Below, piece after piece: positions 1-12,800 of a DNA stretch of 64,000 bases. Under the pieces are notes generated by a model. It saw only the letters and a list, made by a program, of their open reading frames with translations. It was not told where the DNA came from and searched no databases. A program made the translations under genes and the position numbers. Within the stretch, counting starts at the first letter, position 1; each line of letters opens with the position of its first letter. Origin of the DNA: the human T2T-CHM13v2.0 reference genome, Homo sapiens; assembly GCF_009914755.1 (NCBI RefSeq), contig NC_060948.1; one strand, written 5' to 3'.

Positions 1-356
1 TGGAATGGAATCGAATATAATGGAGTCGAATGAAATGGAATTGAAAGCAATGGGATCGAATACAATGGAATATACTGGAATGTAACGTAATGAACTCGAA
101 TGTAATTGACTGGAATGGAATGTACATGAATGGAATGTAATCGAATGGAAAGTAATCGAATGGAATAGAATCTAATGCAATAAAATCGACTCAGATAGAG
201 TAGAATGTAATGGAATGGAGTGCAGTGCAATGGAATGGAATGGAATGGAATGCAATGGAATGGAATGGGCTGGAATGGAAAGGAATCGAAACGAATGGAA
301 TGGAATCGAACTGAAGAGACTGGAATGGAATGCACTGGAATGGAAGGGAGTGTAAT

Positions 357-371
357 GGAAGGTTCTCGAAA
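357..371. promoter_or_regulatory. Perfect heat-shock element motif gGAAggTTCtcGAAa (HSE-1; recurs per monomer, e.g. 3936-3950)
   Basis: Exact match to nGAAnnTTCnnGAAn. Intact in 17 of 18 monomers; broken at ~57441 (TTCtcAAG). HSF1 occupancy is not shown by the sequence. Confidence 0.6.
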
Positions 372-1397
372 AAAATGGAATCGAATGGAATGGAATTGAA
401 TGGAACGGAATAGAGTCGAATGGAATTGAATGGAATGGAATGGACTAGAGTGAAATGGAATCGAACCACAAGGAATGGACAGGAATAGAATGGTCTCGAA
501 TTGAATGGAATCGTATGGAATGGCATCAAACGGAATGGAATGGACAGCCACGGAATGGAATGCACTCGAATGCAATGGAGTCGATACTAATGGACTGGAA
601 TAGAATGGACTCGACTGGTACGGACTCCAATGGAATGGAATCGAATGGAAGGGAATCGAACGGAAGGGAATCGAACGGAATGGACTCGAAGGGAAAAGAC
701 TGCAATGGAAAGGTCTCGAATGGAATGGAAATTAATGGAATGGAATGGAATCGAATGAAATGGAGTCAAAAGGAATCGAATCGAATGGCAAGAAATCGAA
801 TGTAATGGAATCGCCAGGAATTGATGTGAACGGAACGGAATGGAATGGAATCCAAAGGAATGGAATAGAATGGAATGGAATCGAATGGAAAGGACTCGAA
901 TGGAAATCACTCGAATAGAATGCAATTTAATAAAATAGGATCAAATGTAATGGAATGGAATGGAAAGGAATCGAAACGAAAGGAATGGAGACAGATGGAA
1001 TGGAATGGAACAGAGAGCAATGGTATAGAATGGAATGGAATCATCTGGAATGGAATTGAATGGAATGGAATAATATGAAATGGAATGGAATGGAATGGAA
1101 TGGAATGCCCTTGAATTAAATGGACTGGAATGGAATGGACTCAAACAGAGTGGAATGGAAAGTGTGGAGATAGAATGGAATGAACTCCTTTGGAATGGTG
1201 TAGTATGCAATGCAATAGACTGGCAGGGAATCAAAAGGAATGTAATCGAATGGATTGGACTGGAATGCAATGGACTCGAATAGATTGGAAACGGAATGCA
1301 AAGGAATGGAATGGAATAGTATGGAATGCAATGGAAGGGAATGGAGTGGAATAGACTAGAGTGGAATGGAATGGACTGGAAAGCAATGGACTGGAAT

Positions 1398-1412
1398 GGA
1401 ACTTTCTTGAAT
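1398..1412. promoter_or_regulatory. Perfect heat-shock element motif gGAActTTCttGAAt (HSE-3; recurs per monomer)
   Basis: Exact match to nGAAnnTTCnnGAAn. Intact in 15 of 18 monomers; the third GAA becomes GGA at 4989, 12131 and 19278. Confidence 0.55.
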
Positions 1413-2850
1413 GGACTGGAATCAAACGGAATGGAATGCAATGCAATCAAATGGCATGGAATAAAATAGAATGAAAGAGAATCAAATGGAATTGAATCGA
1501 ATGGAATCGAATGGATTGGAAAGGAATAGAATGGAATGGAATGGAATTGACTCAAATGGAATGGACTAGAATGGAATGGATTCGAATGGAAGGCAAAGGA
1601 ATGGAATCTATTGGAATGGACTGTAATGGAATGCAATGGAAGGGATTGGAATGGACTCGAATGGAATGGACTGCAATAGAAAGGATTCGAATGGAATGAA
1701 AAAGAATTGAATGGAATAGAACAGAATGGAATCAAATCGAATGAAATGGAATGGAATAGAAAGGAATGGAATGAAATGGAATGGAAAGGATTCGAATGGA
1801 ATGCAATCGAATGGAATGGAATCGAACGGAATGGAATAAAATGGAAGAAAACTGGCAAGAAATGGAATCGAAATGAATGGAGTGTTATGGAACGGACTCA
1901 AAAGGAATTGAATGTAACAGAATGGAGTGGAGTGGACTCGAATATAATGGACTGGAATGGAATGAAATCACATGGAATGGGAACGAATGGAATGGAATGG
2001 AACGGAATGGAATCGAATGGAAAGGAATCGAATGGAAGGGAATGAAATTGAATCAACAGGAATGGAAGGGAATAGAATAGACTGTAATGGAATGGACTCG
2101 AATAGAATGGACACGAATGCTCAAATTAAATGGACTCGAATGGAATGGAAACGAAAGGAATGTCATCGAATGGAATTGAATCGATTGGAATGAAATCGCA
2201 TAGAATGGAGTGGAATCAAATGGAATTGAATCGAAAGGAAAGGAAGCGAATGGACTGAAATGAAATGGAATGGAATTGAATGGAAAGTAATGCAATGGAA
2301 TAGAATGGAACGAAATTTCACGGAATGGAATCAAACTGAATGGAATCAAATCAATGGAATCAAATCAAATGGAATGGAAAGGAATTGAATGGAGTAGATG
2401 GGATTGGATGGGATTGGAATGTAATGTACTGGAAAGGACTCGAATTTCATGAAACGGAATGGAATGAATTGGAACGGAATGGACTCGAATGGAATGGAAT
2501 GTCATGGGATGGCATCAAATGTAATGGCATCAAATGGAATGGAATCGAATGCAATGGAATGCTATGGAATGGAATGGAATGCATTGGAATGGAATGTCCT
2601 CTAATGGAATGGATTCGAGTGGAATGGAATTGAATATAATGGAGTCGAATGAAATGGAATTGAAAGGAATGGGATCGAATACAATGGAATATACTGGAAT
2701 GTAACGTTATGAACTCGAATGTAATTGACTGGAATGGAATGTACATGAATGGAATGTAATCGAATGGAAAGTAATCCAATGGAATAGAATCTAATGCAAT
2801 AAAATCGACTCAGATAGAGTAGAATGTAATGGAATGGAGTGCAGTGCAAT

Positions 2851-2915
2851 GGAATGGAATGGAATGGAATGCAATGGAATGGAATGGAATGGAATGGAAT
2901 GGAATGGAATGGAAT
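2851..2915 (+). repeat. Longest near-pure (GGAAT)n tract of the monomer; copy-number variable between monomers
   Basis: Structure (GGAAT)x GCAAT (GGAAT)y GGGAT. x/y is 4/8 here, 4/11 at ~6415-6494, 4/9 at ~13572-13641, 10/6 at 31427-31511 and 4/6 at 35001-35055. Confidence 0.9.
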
Positions 2916-3144
2916 GGGATGGAATGGTATGGAATGGATAGTAATGGACTGGAGTGAAATGGACTGGAAAGGAATGGACTCAAATTGAAAGGGCTCGAAA
3001 GGAATAGAGTCAAATGGAATGGTCTGGAATGGAATGAACACGAATGTAATGCAACCCAATAGAATGGAATCGAATGGCATGGAATATAAAGAAATGGAAT
3101 CGAAGAGAATGGAAACAAATGGAATGGAATTGAATGGAATGGAA

Positions 3145-3298
3145 TTGAATGGAATGGGAACGAATGGAGGGAAATTGTATGCAGTAGAAGAGAATAGAAT
3201 GGAATGCAAGCGAAAGGAAAGGAATGGATTGGAATGGAATGGAATTCATTGGAATGGAAGGGAATGTAGTGTAATGGACAGGCCTGGAATAAAGTGGA
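3145..3298 (+). other. DYZ1 sex-typing PCR target (Y1.1/Y1.2 primer sites), repeated once per monomer
   Basis: TTGAATGGAATGGGAACGAATGG at 3145-3167 and GGACAGGCCTGGAATAAAGTGGA (reverse complement of TCCACTTTATTCCAGGCCTGTCC) at 3276-3298, spanning 154 bp. The primer identities are recalled from the sex-typing literature, not looked up. Confidence 0.85.
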
Positions 3299-6200
3299 AT
3301 GCTACGGTCTCGAATGGAATAAAAATACATGGAATGGAATGCAATGAAACGGAATCGAATGTCATAGAATGTAATGGAATGCAAAAAAATGGAATCCAAA
3401 ATCATTGACTGGAAAGTCTGGGAGTCGAAAGGAATTGACTCCAATGGAATGGAATCGAATGGAATGGAAGTGAATAGAATCGAACTAAATCGAATGGAAT
3501 GGAATTGATAGGAACGGAATGGAAAGGAATGCAATGATTTGGCATGGAATGGAATCGAATGGCATCGAATGGAATGGAATGGAATGCAATGGAATGGAAT
3601 GTATTAGAATGTAATGAACTTTAATGGAATGTACTCGAATGGATTCGACTGGAATGGAATGTTCTGGAAGTGAATGGACTCCAATGGAATGGATTCAAAA
3701 GGAATGGAATCGTACGGAATGGAATCTAATGGAATGGAATTAAATGGAAATGAATCAAATTGAATAGCACGGAATTAAATTGAATGGAATCGAATGCAAT
3801 GGAATCTAATGAAACGGAAAGGAAAGGAATGCAATGGAATGGAATGGGCTGGAATGGAAAGGAATCGAAACGAATGGAATGGAATCGAACTGAAGAGACT
3901 GGAATGGAATGCACTGGAATGGAAGGGAGTGTAATGGAAGGTTCTCGAAAAAAATGGAATCGAATGGAATGGAATTGAATGGAACGGAATAGAGTCGAAT
4001 GGAATTGAATGGAATGGAATGGACTAGAGTGAAATGGAATCGAACCACAAGGAATGGACAGGAATAGAATGGTCTCGAATTGAATGGAATCGTATGGAAT
4101 GGCATCAAACGGAATGGAATGGACAGCCACGGAATGGAATGCACTCGAATGCAATGGAGTCGAAACTAATGGACTGGAATAGAATGGACTCGACTGGTAC
4201 GGACTCCAATGGAATGGAATCGAATGGAAGGGAATCGAACGGAAGGGAATCGAACGGAATGGACTCGAAGGGAAAAGACTGCAATGGAAAGGTCTCGAAT
4301 GGAATGGAAATTAATGGAATGGAATGGAATCGAATGAAATGGAGTCAAAAGGAATCGAATCGAATGGCAAGAAATCGAATGTAATGGAATCGCCAGGAAT
4401 TGATGTGAACGGAACGGAATGGAATGGAATCCAAAGGAATGGAATAGAATGGAATGGAATCGAATGGAAAGGACTCGAATGGAAATCACTCGAATAGAAT
4501 GCAATTTAATAAAATAGGATCAAATGTAATGGAATGGAATGGAAAGGAATCGAAACGAAAGGAATGGAGACAGATGGAATGGAATGGAACAGAGAGCAAT
4601 GGTATAGAATGGAATGGAATCATCTGGAATGGAATTGAATGGAATGGAATAATATGAAATGGAATGGAATGGAATGGAATGGAATGCCCTTGAATTAAAT
4701 GGACTGGAATGGAATGGACTCAAACAGAGTGGAATGGAAAGTGTGGAGATAGAATGGAATGAACTCCTTTGGAATGGTGTAGTATGCAATGCAATCGACT
4801 GGCAGGGAATCAAAAGGAATGTAATCGAATGGATTGGACTGGAATGCAATGGACTCGAATAGATTGGAAACGGAATGCAAAGGAATGGAATGGAATAGTA
4901 TGGAATGCAATGGAAGGGAATGGAGTGGAATAGACTAGAGTGGAATGGAATGGACTGGAAAGCAATGCACTGGAATGGAACTTTCTTGGATGGACTGGAA
5001 TCAAACGGAATGGAATGCAATGCAATCAAATGGCATGGAATAAAATAGAATGAAAGAGAATCAAATGGAATTGAATCGAATGGATTGGAAAGGAATAGAA
5101 TGGAATGGAATGGAATTGACTCAAATGGAATGGACTAGAATGGAATGGATTCGAATGGAAGGCAAAGGAATGGAATCTATTGGAATGGACTGTAATGGAA
5201 TGGAATGGAAGGGATTGGAATGGACTCGAATGGAATGGACTGCAATAGAAAGGATTCGAATGGAATGAAAAAGAATTGAATGGAATAGAACAGAATGGAA
5301 TCAAATCGAATGAAATGGAATGGAATAGAAAGGAATGGAATGAAATGCAATGGAAAGGATTCGAATGGAATGCAATCGAATGGAATCGAACGGAATGGAA
5401 TAAAATGGAAGAAAACTGGCAAGAAATGGAATCGAAATGAATGGAGTGTTATGGAACGGACTCAAAAGGAATTGAATGTAACAGAATGGAGTGGAGTGGA
5501 CTCGAATATAATGGACTGGAATGGAATGAAATCACATGGAATGGGAACGAATGGAATGGAATGGAAAGGAATGGAATCGAATGGAAAGGAATCGAATGGA
5601 AGGGAATGAAATTGAATCAACAGGAATGGAAGGGAATAGAATAGACTGTAATGGAATGGACTCGAATAGAATGGACACGAATGCTCAAATTAAATGGACT
5701 CGAATGGAATGGAAACGAAAGGAATGTCATCGAATGGAATTGAATCGATTGGAATGAAATCGCATAGAATGGAGTGGAATCAAATGGAATTGAATCGAAA
5801 GGAAAGGAAGCGAATGGACTGAAATGAAATGGAATGGAATTGAATGGAAAGTAATGCAATGGAATAGAATGGAACGAAATTTCACGGAATGGAATCAAAC
5901 TGAATGGAATCAAATCAATGGAATCAAATCAAATGGAATGGAAAGGAATTGAATGGAGTAGATGGGATTGGATGGGATTGGAATGAAATGTACTGGAAAG
6001 GACTCGAATTTCATGAAACGGAATGGAATGAATTGGAACGGAATGGACTCGAATGGAATGGAATGTCATGGGATGGCATCAAATGTAATGGCATCAAATG
6101 GAATGGAATCGAATGCAATGGAATGCTATGGAATGGAATGGAATGCATTGGAATGGAATGTCCTCTAATGGAATGGATTCGAGTGGAATGGAATTGAATA

Positions 6201-6844
6201 TAATGGAGTCGAATGAAATGGAATTGAAAGGAATGGGATCGAATACAATGGAATATACTGGAATGTAACGTAATGAACTCGAATGTAATTAACTGGAATG
6301 GAATGTACATGAATGGAATGTAATCGAATGGAAAGTAATCCAATGGAATAGAATCTAATGCAATAAAATCGACTCAGATAGAGTAGAATGTAATGGAATG
6401 GAGTGCAGTGAAATGGAATGGAATGGAATGGAATGCAATGGAATGGAATGGAATGGAATGGAATGGAATGGAATGGAATGGAATGGAATGGAATGGGATG
6501 GAATGGTATGGAATGGATAGTAATGGACTGGAGTGAAATGGACTGGAAAGGAATGGACTCAAATTGAAAGGGCTCGAAAGGAATGGAGTCAAATGGAATG
6601 GTCTGTAATGGAATGAACACGAATGTAATGCAACCCAATAGAATGGAATCGAATGGCATGGAATATAAAGAAATGGAATCGAAGAGAATGGAAACAAATG
6701 GAATGGAATTGAATGGAATGGGAACGAATGGAGTGAAATTGTATGCAGTAGAAGAGAATAGAATGGAATGCAAGCGAAAGGAAAGGAATGGATTGGAATG
6801 GAATGGAATTCATTGGAATGGAAGGGAATGTAGTGTAATGGACA
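3281..6844 (+). repeat. DYZ1: Representative complete DYZ1 monomer (HaeIII to HaeIII), 3,564 bp
   Basis: GGCC at 3281 and 6845. Length is 713x5-1, the canonical DYZ1 unit length. It contains all per-monomer landmarks (GAACCACAAGG, GCAATTTAATAAAATAGG, GAAGAAAACTGGCAAG, GACTCAGATAGAG). Confidence 0.95.
3656..3670. promoter_or_regulatory. Perfect heat-shock element motif gGAAtgTTCtgGAAg (HSE-2; recurs per monomer)
   Basis: Exact match to nGAAnnTTCnnGAAn. Intact in all 17 monomers that contain this segment. Confidence 0.6.
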
Positions 6845-9800
6845 GGCCTGGAATAAAGTGGAATGCTACGGTCTCGAATGGAATAAAAATGTATGGAATG
6901 GAATGCAATGAAACGGAATCGAATGTCATAGAATGTAATGGAATGCAAAAAAATGGAATCCAAAATCATTGACTGGAAAGGCTGGGTGTCGAAAGGAATT
7001 GACTCCAATGGAATGGAATCGAATGGAATGGAAGTGAATAGAATCGAACTAAATCGAATGGAATGGAATTGATAGGAACGGAATGGAAAGGAATGCAATG
7101 ATTTGCCATGGAATGGAATCGAATGGCATCGAATGGAATGGAATGGAATGCAATGGAATGGAATGTATTAGAATGTAATGAACTTTAATGGAATGTACTC
7201 GAATGGATTCGACTGGAATGGAAAGTTCTGGAAGTGAATGGACTCCAATGGAATGGATTCAAAAGGAATGGAATCGTACGGAATGGAATCTAATGGAATG
7301 GAATTAAATGGAAATGAATCAAATTGAATAGCACGGAATTGAATTGAATGGAATCGAATGCAATGGAATCTAATGAAACGGAAAGGAAAGGAATGGAATG
7401 GAATGGAATGGGCTGGAATGGAAAGGAATCGAAACGAATGGAATGGAATCGAACTGAAGAGACTGGAATGGAATGCACTGGAATGGAAGGGAGTGTAATG
7501 GAAGGTTCTCGAAAAAAATGGAATCGAATGGAATGGAATTGAATGGAACGGAATGGAGTTGAATGGAATTGAATGGAATGGAATGGACTAGAGTGAAATG
7601 GAAACGAACCACAAGGAATGGACAGGAATAGAATGGTCTCGAATTGAATGGAATCGTATGGAATGGCATCAAACGGAATGGAATGGACAGCCACGGAATG
7701 GAATGCACTCGAATGCAATGGAGTCGAAACTAACGGACTGGAATAGAATGGACTCGACTGGTACGGACTCCAATGGAATGGAATCGAATGGAAGGGAATC
7801 GAACGGAAGGGAATCGAACGGAATGGACTCGAAGGGAAAAGACTGCAATGGAAAGGTCTCGAATGGAATGGAAATTAATGGAATGGAATGGAGTCGAATG
7901 AAATGGAGTCAAAAGGAATGGAATCGAATGGCAAGAAATCGAATGTAATGGAATCGCAAGGAATTGATGTGAACGGAACGGAATGGAATGGAATCCAAAG
8001 GAATGGAATAGAATGGAATGGAATCGAATGGAAAGGACTCGAATGGAAATCACTCGAATAGAATGCAATTTAATAAAATAGGATCAAATGTAATGGAATG
8101 GAATGGAAATGAATCGAAACGAAAGGAATGGAGACAGATGGAATGGAATGGAACAGAGAGCAATGGTATAGAATGGAATGGAATCATCTGGAATGGAATT
8201 GAATGGAATGGAATAATATGAAATGGAATGGAATGGAATGGAATGGAATGCCCTTGAATTAAATGGACTGGAATGGAATGGACTCAAACAGAGTGGAATG
8301 GAAAGTGTGGAGATAGAATGGAATGAACTCCTTTGGAATGGTCTAGTGGGCAATGCAATCGACTGGCAGGGAATCAAAAGGAATGTAATCGAATGGATTG
8401 GACTGGAATGCAATGGACTCGAATAGATTGGAAACGGAATGCAAAGAATGGAATGGAATAGTATGGAATGGAATGGAAAGGAATGGAGTGGAACAGACTA
8501 TAGTGGAATGGAATGGACTGGAAAGCAATGGACTGGAATGGAACTTTCTTGAATGGACTGGAATCAAACGGAATGGAATGCAATGCAATCAAATGGCATG
8601 GAATAAAATAGAATGAAAGAGAATCAAATGGAATTGAATCGAATGGAATCGAATGGATTGGAAAGGAATAGAATGGAATGGAATGGAATTGACTCAAATG
8701 GAATGGACTAGAATGGAATGGATTCGAATGGAAGGCAAAGGAATGGAATCTATTGGAATGGACTGTAATGGAATGGAATGGAAGGGATTGGAATGGACTC
8801 GAATGGAATGGACTGCAATAGAAAGGATTCGAATGGAATGAAAAAGAATTGAATGGAATAGAACAGAATGGAATCAAATCGAATGAAATGGAATGGAATA
8901 GAAAGGAATGGAATGAAATGGAATGGAAAGGATTCGAATGGAATGCAATCGAATGGAATGGAATCGAACGGAATGGAATAAAATGGAAGAAAACTGGCAA
9001 GAAATGGAATCGAAATGAATGGAGTGTTATGGAACGGACTCAAAAGGAATTGAATGTAATAGAATAGAGTGGAGTGGACTCGAATATAATGGACTGGAAT
9101 GGAATGAAATCACATGGAATGGGAACGAATGGAATGGAATGGAAAGGAATGGAATCGAATGGAAAGGAATCGAATGGAAGGGAATGAAATTGAATCAACA
9201 GGAATGGAAGGGAATAGAATAGACGGTAATGGAATGGACTCGAATAGAATGGACACGAATGCTCAAATTAAATGGACTCGAATGGAATGGAAACGAAAGG
9301 AATGTCATCGAATGGAATTGAATCGATTGGAATGAAATCGCATAGAATGGAGTGGAATCAAATGGAATTGAATCGAAAGGAAAGGAAGCGAATGGACTGA
9401 AATGAAATGGAATGGAATTGAATGGAAAGTAATGCAATGGAATAGAATGGAACGAAATTTCACGGAATGGAATCAAACTGAATGGAATCAAATCAATGGA
9501 ATCAAATCAAATGGAATGGAAAGGAATTGAATGGAGTAGATGGGATTGGATGGGATTGGAATGAAATGTACTGGAAAGGACTCGAATTTCATGAAACGGA
9601 ATGGAATGAATTGGAACGGAATGGACTCGAATGGAATGGAATGTCATGGGATGGCATCAAATGGAATGGCATCAAATGGAATGGAATCGAATGCAATGGA
9701 ATGCTATGGAATGGAATGGAATGCATTGGAATGGAATGTCCTCTAATGGAATGGATTCGAGTGGAATGGAATTGAATATAATGGAGTCGAATGAAATGGA

Positions 9801-12800
9801 ATTGAAAGGAATGGGATCGAATACAATGGAATATACTGGAATGTAACGTAACGAACTCGAATGTAATTAACTGGAATGGAATGTACATGAATGGAATGTA
9901 ATCGAATGGAAAGTAATCCAATGGAATAGAATCTAATGCAATAAAATCGACTCAGATAGAGTAGAATGTAATGGAATGGAGTGCAGTGCAATGGAATGGA
10001 ATGGAATGGAATGCAATGGAATGGAATGGAATGGAATGGAATGGAATGGAATGGAATGGGATGGAATGGTATGGAATGGATAGTAATGGACTGGAGTGAA
10101 ATGGACTGGAAAGGAATGGACTCAAATTGAAAGGGCTCGAAAGGAATGGAGTCAAATGGAATGGTCTGGAATGGAATGAACACGAATGTAATGCAACCCA
10201 ATAGAATGGAATCGAATGGCATGGAATATAAAGAAATGGAATCGAAGAGAATGGAAACAAATGGAATGGAATTGAATGGAATGGAATTGAATGGAATGGG
10301 AACGAATGGAGTGAAATTGTATGCAGTAGAAGAGAATAGAATGGAATGCAAGCGAAAGGAAAGGAATGGATTGGAATGGAATGGAATTCATTGGAATGGA
10401 AGGGAATGTAGTGTAATGGACAGGCCTGGAATAAAGTGGAATGCTACGGTCTCGAATGGAATAAAAATACATGGAATGGAATGCAATGAAACGGAATCGA
10501 ATGTCATAGAATGTAATGGAATGCAAAAAAATGGAATCCAAAATCATTGACTGGAAAGTCTGGGAGTCGAAAGGAATTGACTCCAATGGAATGGAATCGA
10601 ATGGAATGGAAGTGAATAGAATCGAACTAAATCGAATGGAATGGAATTGATAGGAACGGAATGGAAAGGAATGCAATGATTTGGCATGGAATGGAATCGA
10701 ATGGCATCGAATGGAATGGAATGGAATGCAATGGAATGGAATGTATTAGAATGTAATGAACTTTAATGGAATGTACTCGAATGGATTCGACTGGAATGGA
10801 ATGTTCTGGAAGTGAATGGACTCCAATGGAATGGATTCAAAAGGAATGGAATCGTACGGAATGGAATCTAATGGAATGGAATTAAATGGAAATGAATCAA
10901 ATTGAATAGCACGGAATTAAATTGAATGGAATCGAATGCAATGGAATCTAATGAAACGGAAAGGAAAGGAATGCAATGGAATGGAATGGGATGGAATGGA
11001 AAGGAATCGAAACGAATGGAATGGAATCGAACTGAAGAGACTGGAATGGAATGCACTGGAATGGAAGGGAGTGTAATGGAAGGTTCTCGAAAAAAATGGA
11101 ATCGAATGGAATGGAATTGAATGGAACGGAATAGAGTCGAATGGAATTGAATGGAATGGAATGGACTAGAGTGAAATGGAATCGAACCACAAGGAATGGA
11201 CAGGAATAGAATGGTCTCGAATTGAATGGAATCGTATGGAATGGCATCAAACGGAATGGAATGGACAGCCACGGAATGGAATGCACTCGAATGCAATGGA
11301 GTCGAAACTAATGGACTGGAATAGAATGGACTCGACTGGTACGGACTCCAATGGAATGGAATCGAATGGAAGGGAATCGAACGGAAGGGAATCGAACGGA
11401 ATGGACTCGAAGGGAAAAGACTGCAATGGAAAGGTCTCGAATGGAATGGAAATTAATGGAATGGAATGGAATCGAATGAAATGGAGTCAAAAGGAATCGA
11501 ATCGAATGGCAAGAAATCGAATGTAATGGAATCGCCAGGAATTGATGTGAACGGAACGGAATGGAATGGAATCCAAAGGAATGGAATAGAATGGAATGGA
11601 ATCGAATGGAAAGGACTCGAATGGAAATCACTCGAATAGAATGCAATTTAATAAAATAGGATCAAATGTAATGGAATGGAATGGAAAGGAATCGAAACGA
11701 AAGGAATGGAGACAGATGGAATGGAATGGAACAGAGAGCAATGGTATAGAATGGAATGGAATCATCTGGAATGGAATTGAATGGAATGGAATAATATGAA
11801 ATGGAATGGAATGGAATGGAATGGAATGCCCTTGAATTAAATGGACTGGAATGGAATGGACTCAAACAGAGTGGAATGGAAAGTGTGGAGATAGAATGGA
11901 ATGAACTCCTTTGGAATGGTGTAGTATGCAATGCAATAGACTGGCAGGGAATCAAAAGGAATGTAATCGAATGGATTGGACTGGAATGCAATGGACTCGA
12001 ATAGATTGGAAACGGAATGCAAAGGAATGGAATGGATTAGTATGGAATGCAATGGAAGGGAATGGAGTGGAATAGACTAGAGTGGAATGGAATGGACTGG
12101 AAAGCAATGCACTGGAATGGAACTTTCTTGGATGGACTGGAATCAAACGGAATGGAATGCAATGCAATCAAATGGCATGGAATAAAATTGAATGAAAGAG
12201 AATCAAATGGAATTGAATCGAATGGAATCGAATGGATTGGAAAGGAATAGAATGGAATGGAATGGAATTGACTCAAATGGAATGGACTAGAATGGAATGG
12301 ATTCGAATGGAAGGCAAAGGAATGGAATCTATTGGAATGGACTGTAATGGAATGGAATGGAAGGGATTGGAATGGACTCGAATGGAATGGACTGCAATAG
12401 AAAGGATTCGAATGGAATGAAAAAGAATTGAATGGAATAGAACAGAATGGAATCAAATCGAATGAAATGGAATGGAATAGAAAGGAATGGAATGAAATGC
12501 AATGGAAAGGATTCGAATGGAATGCAATCGAATGGAATGGAATCGAACGGAATGGAATGAAATGGAAGAAAACTGGCAAGAAATGGAATCGAAATGAATG
12601 GAGTGTTATGGAACGGACTCAAAAGGAATTGAATGTAACAGAATGGAGTGGAGTGGACTCGAATATAATGGACTGGAATGGAATGAAATCACATGGAATG
12701 GGAACGAATGGAATGGAATGGAAAGGAATGGAATCGAATGGAAAGGAATCGAATGGAAGGGAATGAAATTGAATCAACAGGAATGGAAGGGAATAGAATA

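Larger units (their letters stand above)
191..2809 (+). repeat. Internally deleted DYZ1 monomer (2,619 bp; lacks 960 bp including the EcoRI/HaeIII segment)
   Basis: TCAGATAGAG at 191 aligns with 2810 (offset 2619), but GGGCTGG at 267 aligns with 3846 (offset 3579). The difference is 960 bp. Confidence 0.9.

Noticed and set aside
922-940. AATAAA polyadenylation-like hexamers (e.g. ~179, ~929, ~1460, ~1835, ~3288, ~3318)
   Set aside because: They arise easily from GGAAT+AAAAT pentamer variants on an A-rich strand. There is no downstream GU/U-rich element and no transcript evidence.
191-2809. Possibility that the 2,619-bp unit is a distinct short repeat family from the DYZ18/DYZ1 transition
   Set aside because: Both sides of the junction match neighbouring DYZ1 monomers almost exactly, so a simple deletion derivative is the better explanation. 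Only one copy is visible here.
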